Shown piece after piece: positions 62,698-64,000 of a stretch of 64,000 nucleotides of DNA. Source of the stretch: Entomortierella parvispora E1425 (lineage: Eukaryota; Fungi; Mortierellomycota). Position 1 is the stretch's first letter; the number at the start of each line of letters is the position of its first letter. A program made the translations under genes and the position numbers. Under the pieces are notes generated by a model. That model saw only the letters and a list, made by a program, of their open reading frames with translations, had not been told where the DNA came from and ran no database searches. The stretch lies in the NCBI GenBank assembly GCA_020891255.1, contig BQFW01000011.1, forward strand, positions 2,036,618 to 2,100,617, in the 5' to 3' direction.

Positions 62698-63448
62698 CTG
62701 TCAGTATTCAGGACTTTCGACCTTTTTGATATTTTGATTTTGTGCTGCATACCCGACAAGGAATACTGGACAGTTGGAAGGAATCTCGTGTTTTTTGGGG
62801 TTTGGGAAGGTTTTTTTGAAGCGGACAGTTACTCAAGAACAATTGCTCGGCATGAACCTGTGGATAAAAGTTTGGTTTAGGGAGGGTCCAGAAGCAAGTA
62901 GATAGATGAAGAAGCACCCTGTAGTTACATACCTCTGACGATCAATAGGTAGATTTCTTGGTCTTCAGAAGGGAGGCCTTTGAGGCAGACCGGTACTCTG
63001 CGAAGGAGGAACCAAGCACTAAAATCGAGGTCGAACTTGAAGATAAAGAAGTGTTTTTTAGTATTAGTTCCGAAGCTGGTAGATACATGTAGATAGAAGA
63101 ACAGATGGATACTCTTGGTAGACGTGCTTGGAGATCCAAAGAGAGGATCTGGTCTTCGAGAGGGTCTTTGAGGTAGATGGCACTTTTCTCAGGGAAAACC
63201 AACAGCAGGTCTGATAGAAAATATTGATGTTAGAGAGAATTCTGAGGCAGGCTGGTAGATGAACAGATATCTCACATCACGTACCTGACAAAATATGATT
63301 CAGAGCGGCCTTTGGGTCAGACTGGCACTCAGATCAAGGAAAATCAGGTGAAAGCTCGGGAAGAGATGATGGTGCTGGAGGTTTTAAGGTAGAGAGTTGA
63401 GTCAGAAACTGCAGAATGGGCGTGGGCGCGATCGAGGCGACCTGGATG

Positions 63449-63456
63449 TATTTATA
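63449..63456 (-). promoter_or_regulatory. TATA box (TATAAATA) upstream of the spliced leader of LINE ORF1
   Basis: Perfect TATAAATA on the minus strand, followed by a pyrimidine-rich ATG-free first exon. Confidence 0.6.
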
Positions 63457-63548
63457 CCGCAAACAAAGCTGGAACGAGACAGCAGCAGAGGGAGCTGGCG
63501 ATGAACTATCATTGGTTGATCTTGATTAACTTTAATCCATTCACCAGC

Positions 63549-63704
63549 CCATCAGTTGCCCCATGATCTACCTTGTCCATCTTCCGCCCATCAATTGCTC
63601 CATGATCTACCTTGTCCATCCACCGCACCATCAGTTGCTCCATAATCTACCTTGTCCATCCACCGCCCCATCAGTTGCTCCATGATCAATCTTATCCATC
63701 CACC
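63549..63704. repeat. ~40-bp tandem repeat x4
   Basis: CCATCAGTTGCTCCATGATCTACCTTGTCCATCCACCGC-like units start at 63549, 63588, 63628, 63668. Confidence 0.93.
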
Positions 63705-64000
63705 ACTGTCGGGCAGCTCTTGAATACAGGTAAATCAAAAGATTGGCCTCTGCAAATTGTCTATTCGCTTAGGATGGTAGGATGGTCGAGAACACACTAC
63801 TCTACTCAGTTGATGGAGGCTTCAATGACCCCCTGCTCACGCAATTAATACAGTAGACTATACAAGTCAACCCTCACGCCTTTTGTTCTGCCATGGGACG
63901 AATGTCCAAAGAATAAATCCCTTCCATCTTGCCTATGAAGTCATGACTAAGTGCCCTTGTTGTAACCCGTCGCGATCACCCCATCATTGAAACAAAGAGG

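Noticed and set aside
63457-63540. Target-site duplication for the LINE (GAGGGAGC near both 57119 and 63488)
   Set aside because: Only 8 nt, not adjacent to the inferred termini, and the flanking bases do not match.

Overview
Intron-rich fungal genomic DNA, most consistent with Mortierellaceae (inferred from 70-100 nt GT-AG introns with CTAAC/CTGAC branch points and a Mortierella-type N-terminal/LRR gene family). About 1-37 kb is gene-dense and largely housekeeping: a hypothetical gene, SNAPIN, a 6-exon unknown protein, PRP39, a polyQ/SAP protein, a GT17 glycosyltransferase, an intronic snR60/SNORD80-type snoRNA in a non-coding host, RLP24, an F-box/LRR protein, carnitine acetyltransferase, a DUF2470 membrane protein, THO2, a LisH/CTLH-WD40 protein, WDR24/SEA2 and lysyl-tRNA synthetase. 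From about 37 kb it becomes accessory DNA: a WAP-like secreted peptide, an LRR gene broken by one TAG, decayed gene relics, minisatellites, nested duplications, and a near-complete APE-RT LINE (57.2-62.7 kb, minus strand). The most unusual signal is that the LINE ORF1 ATG is preceded by a TATA-driven, multiply spliced 5' leader built from a triplicated exon-intron unit. All calls come from manual reading; no database searches or folding programs were run.
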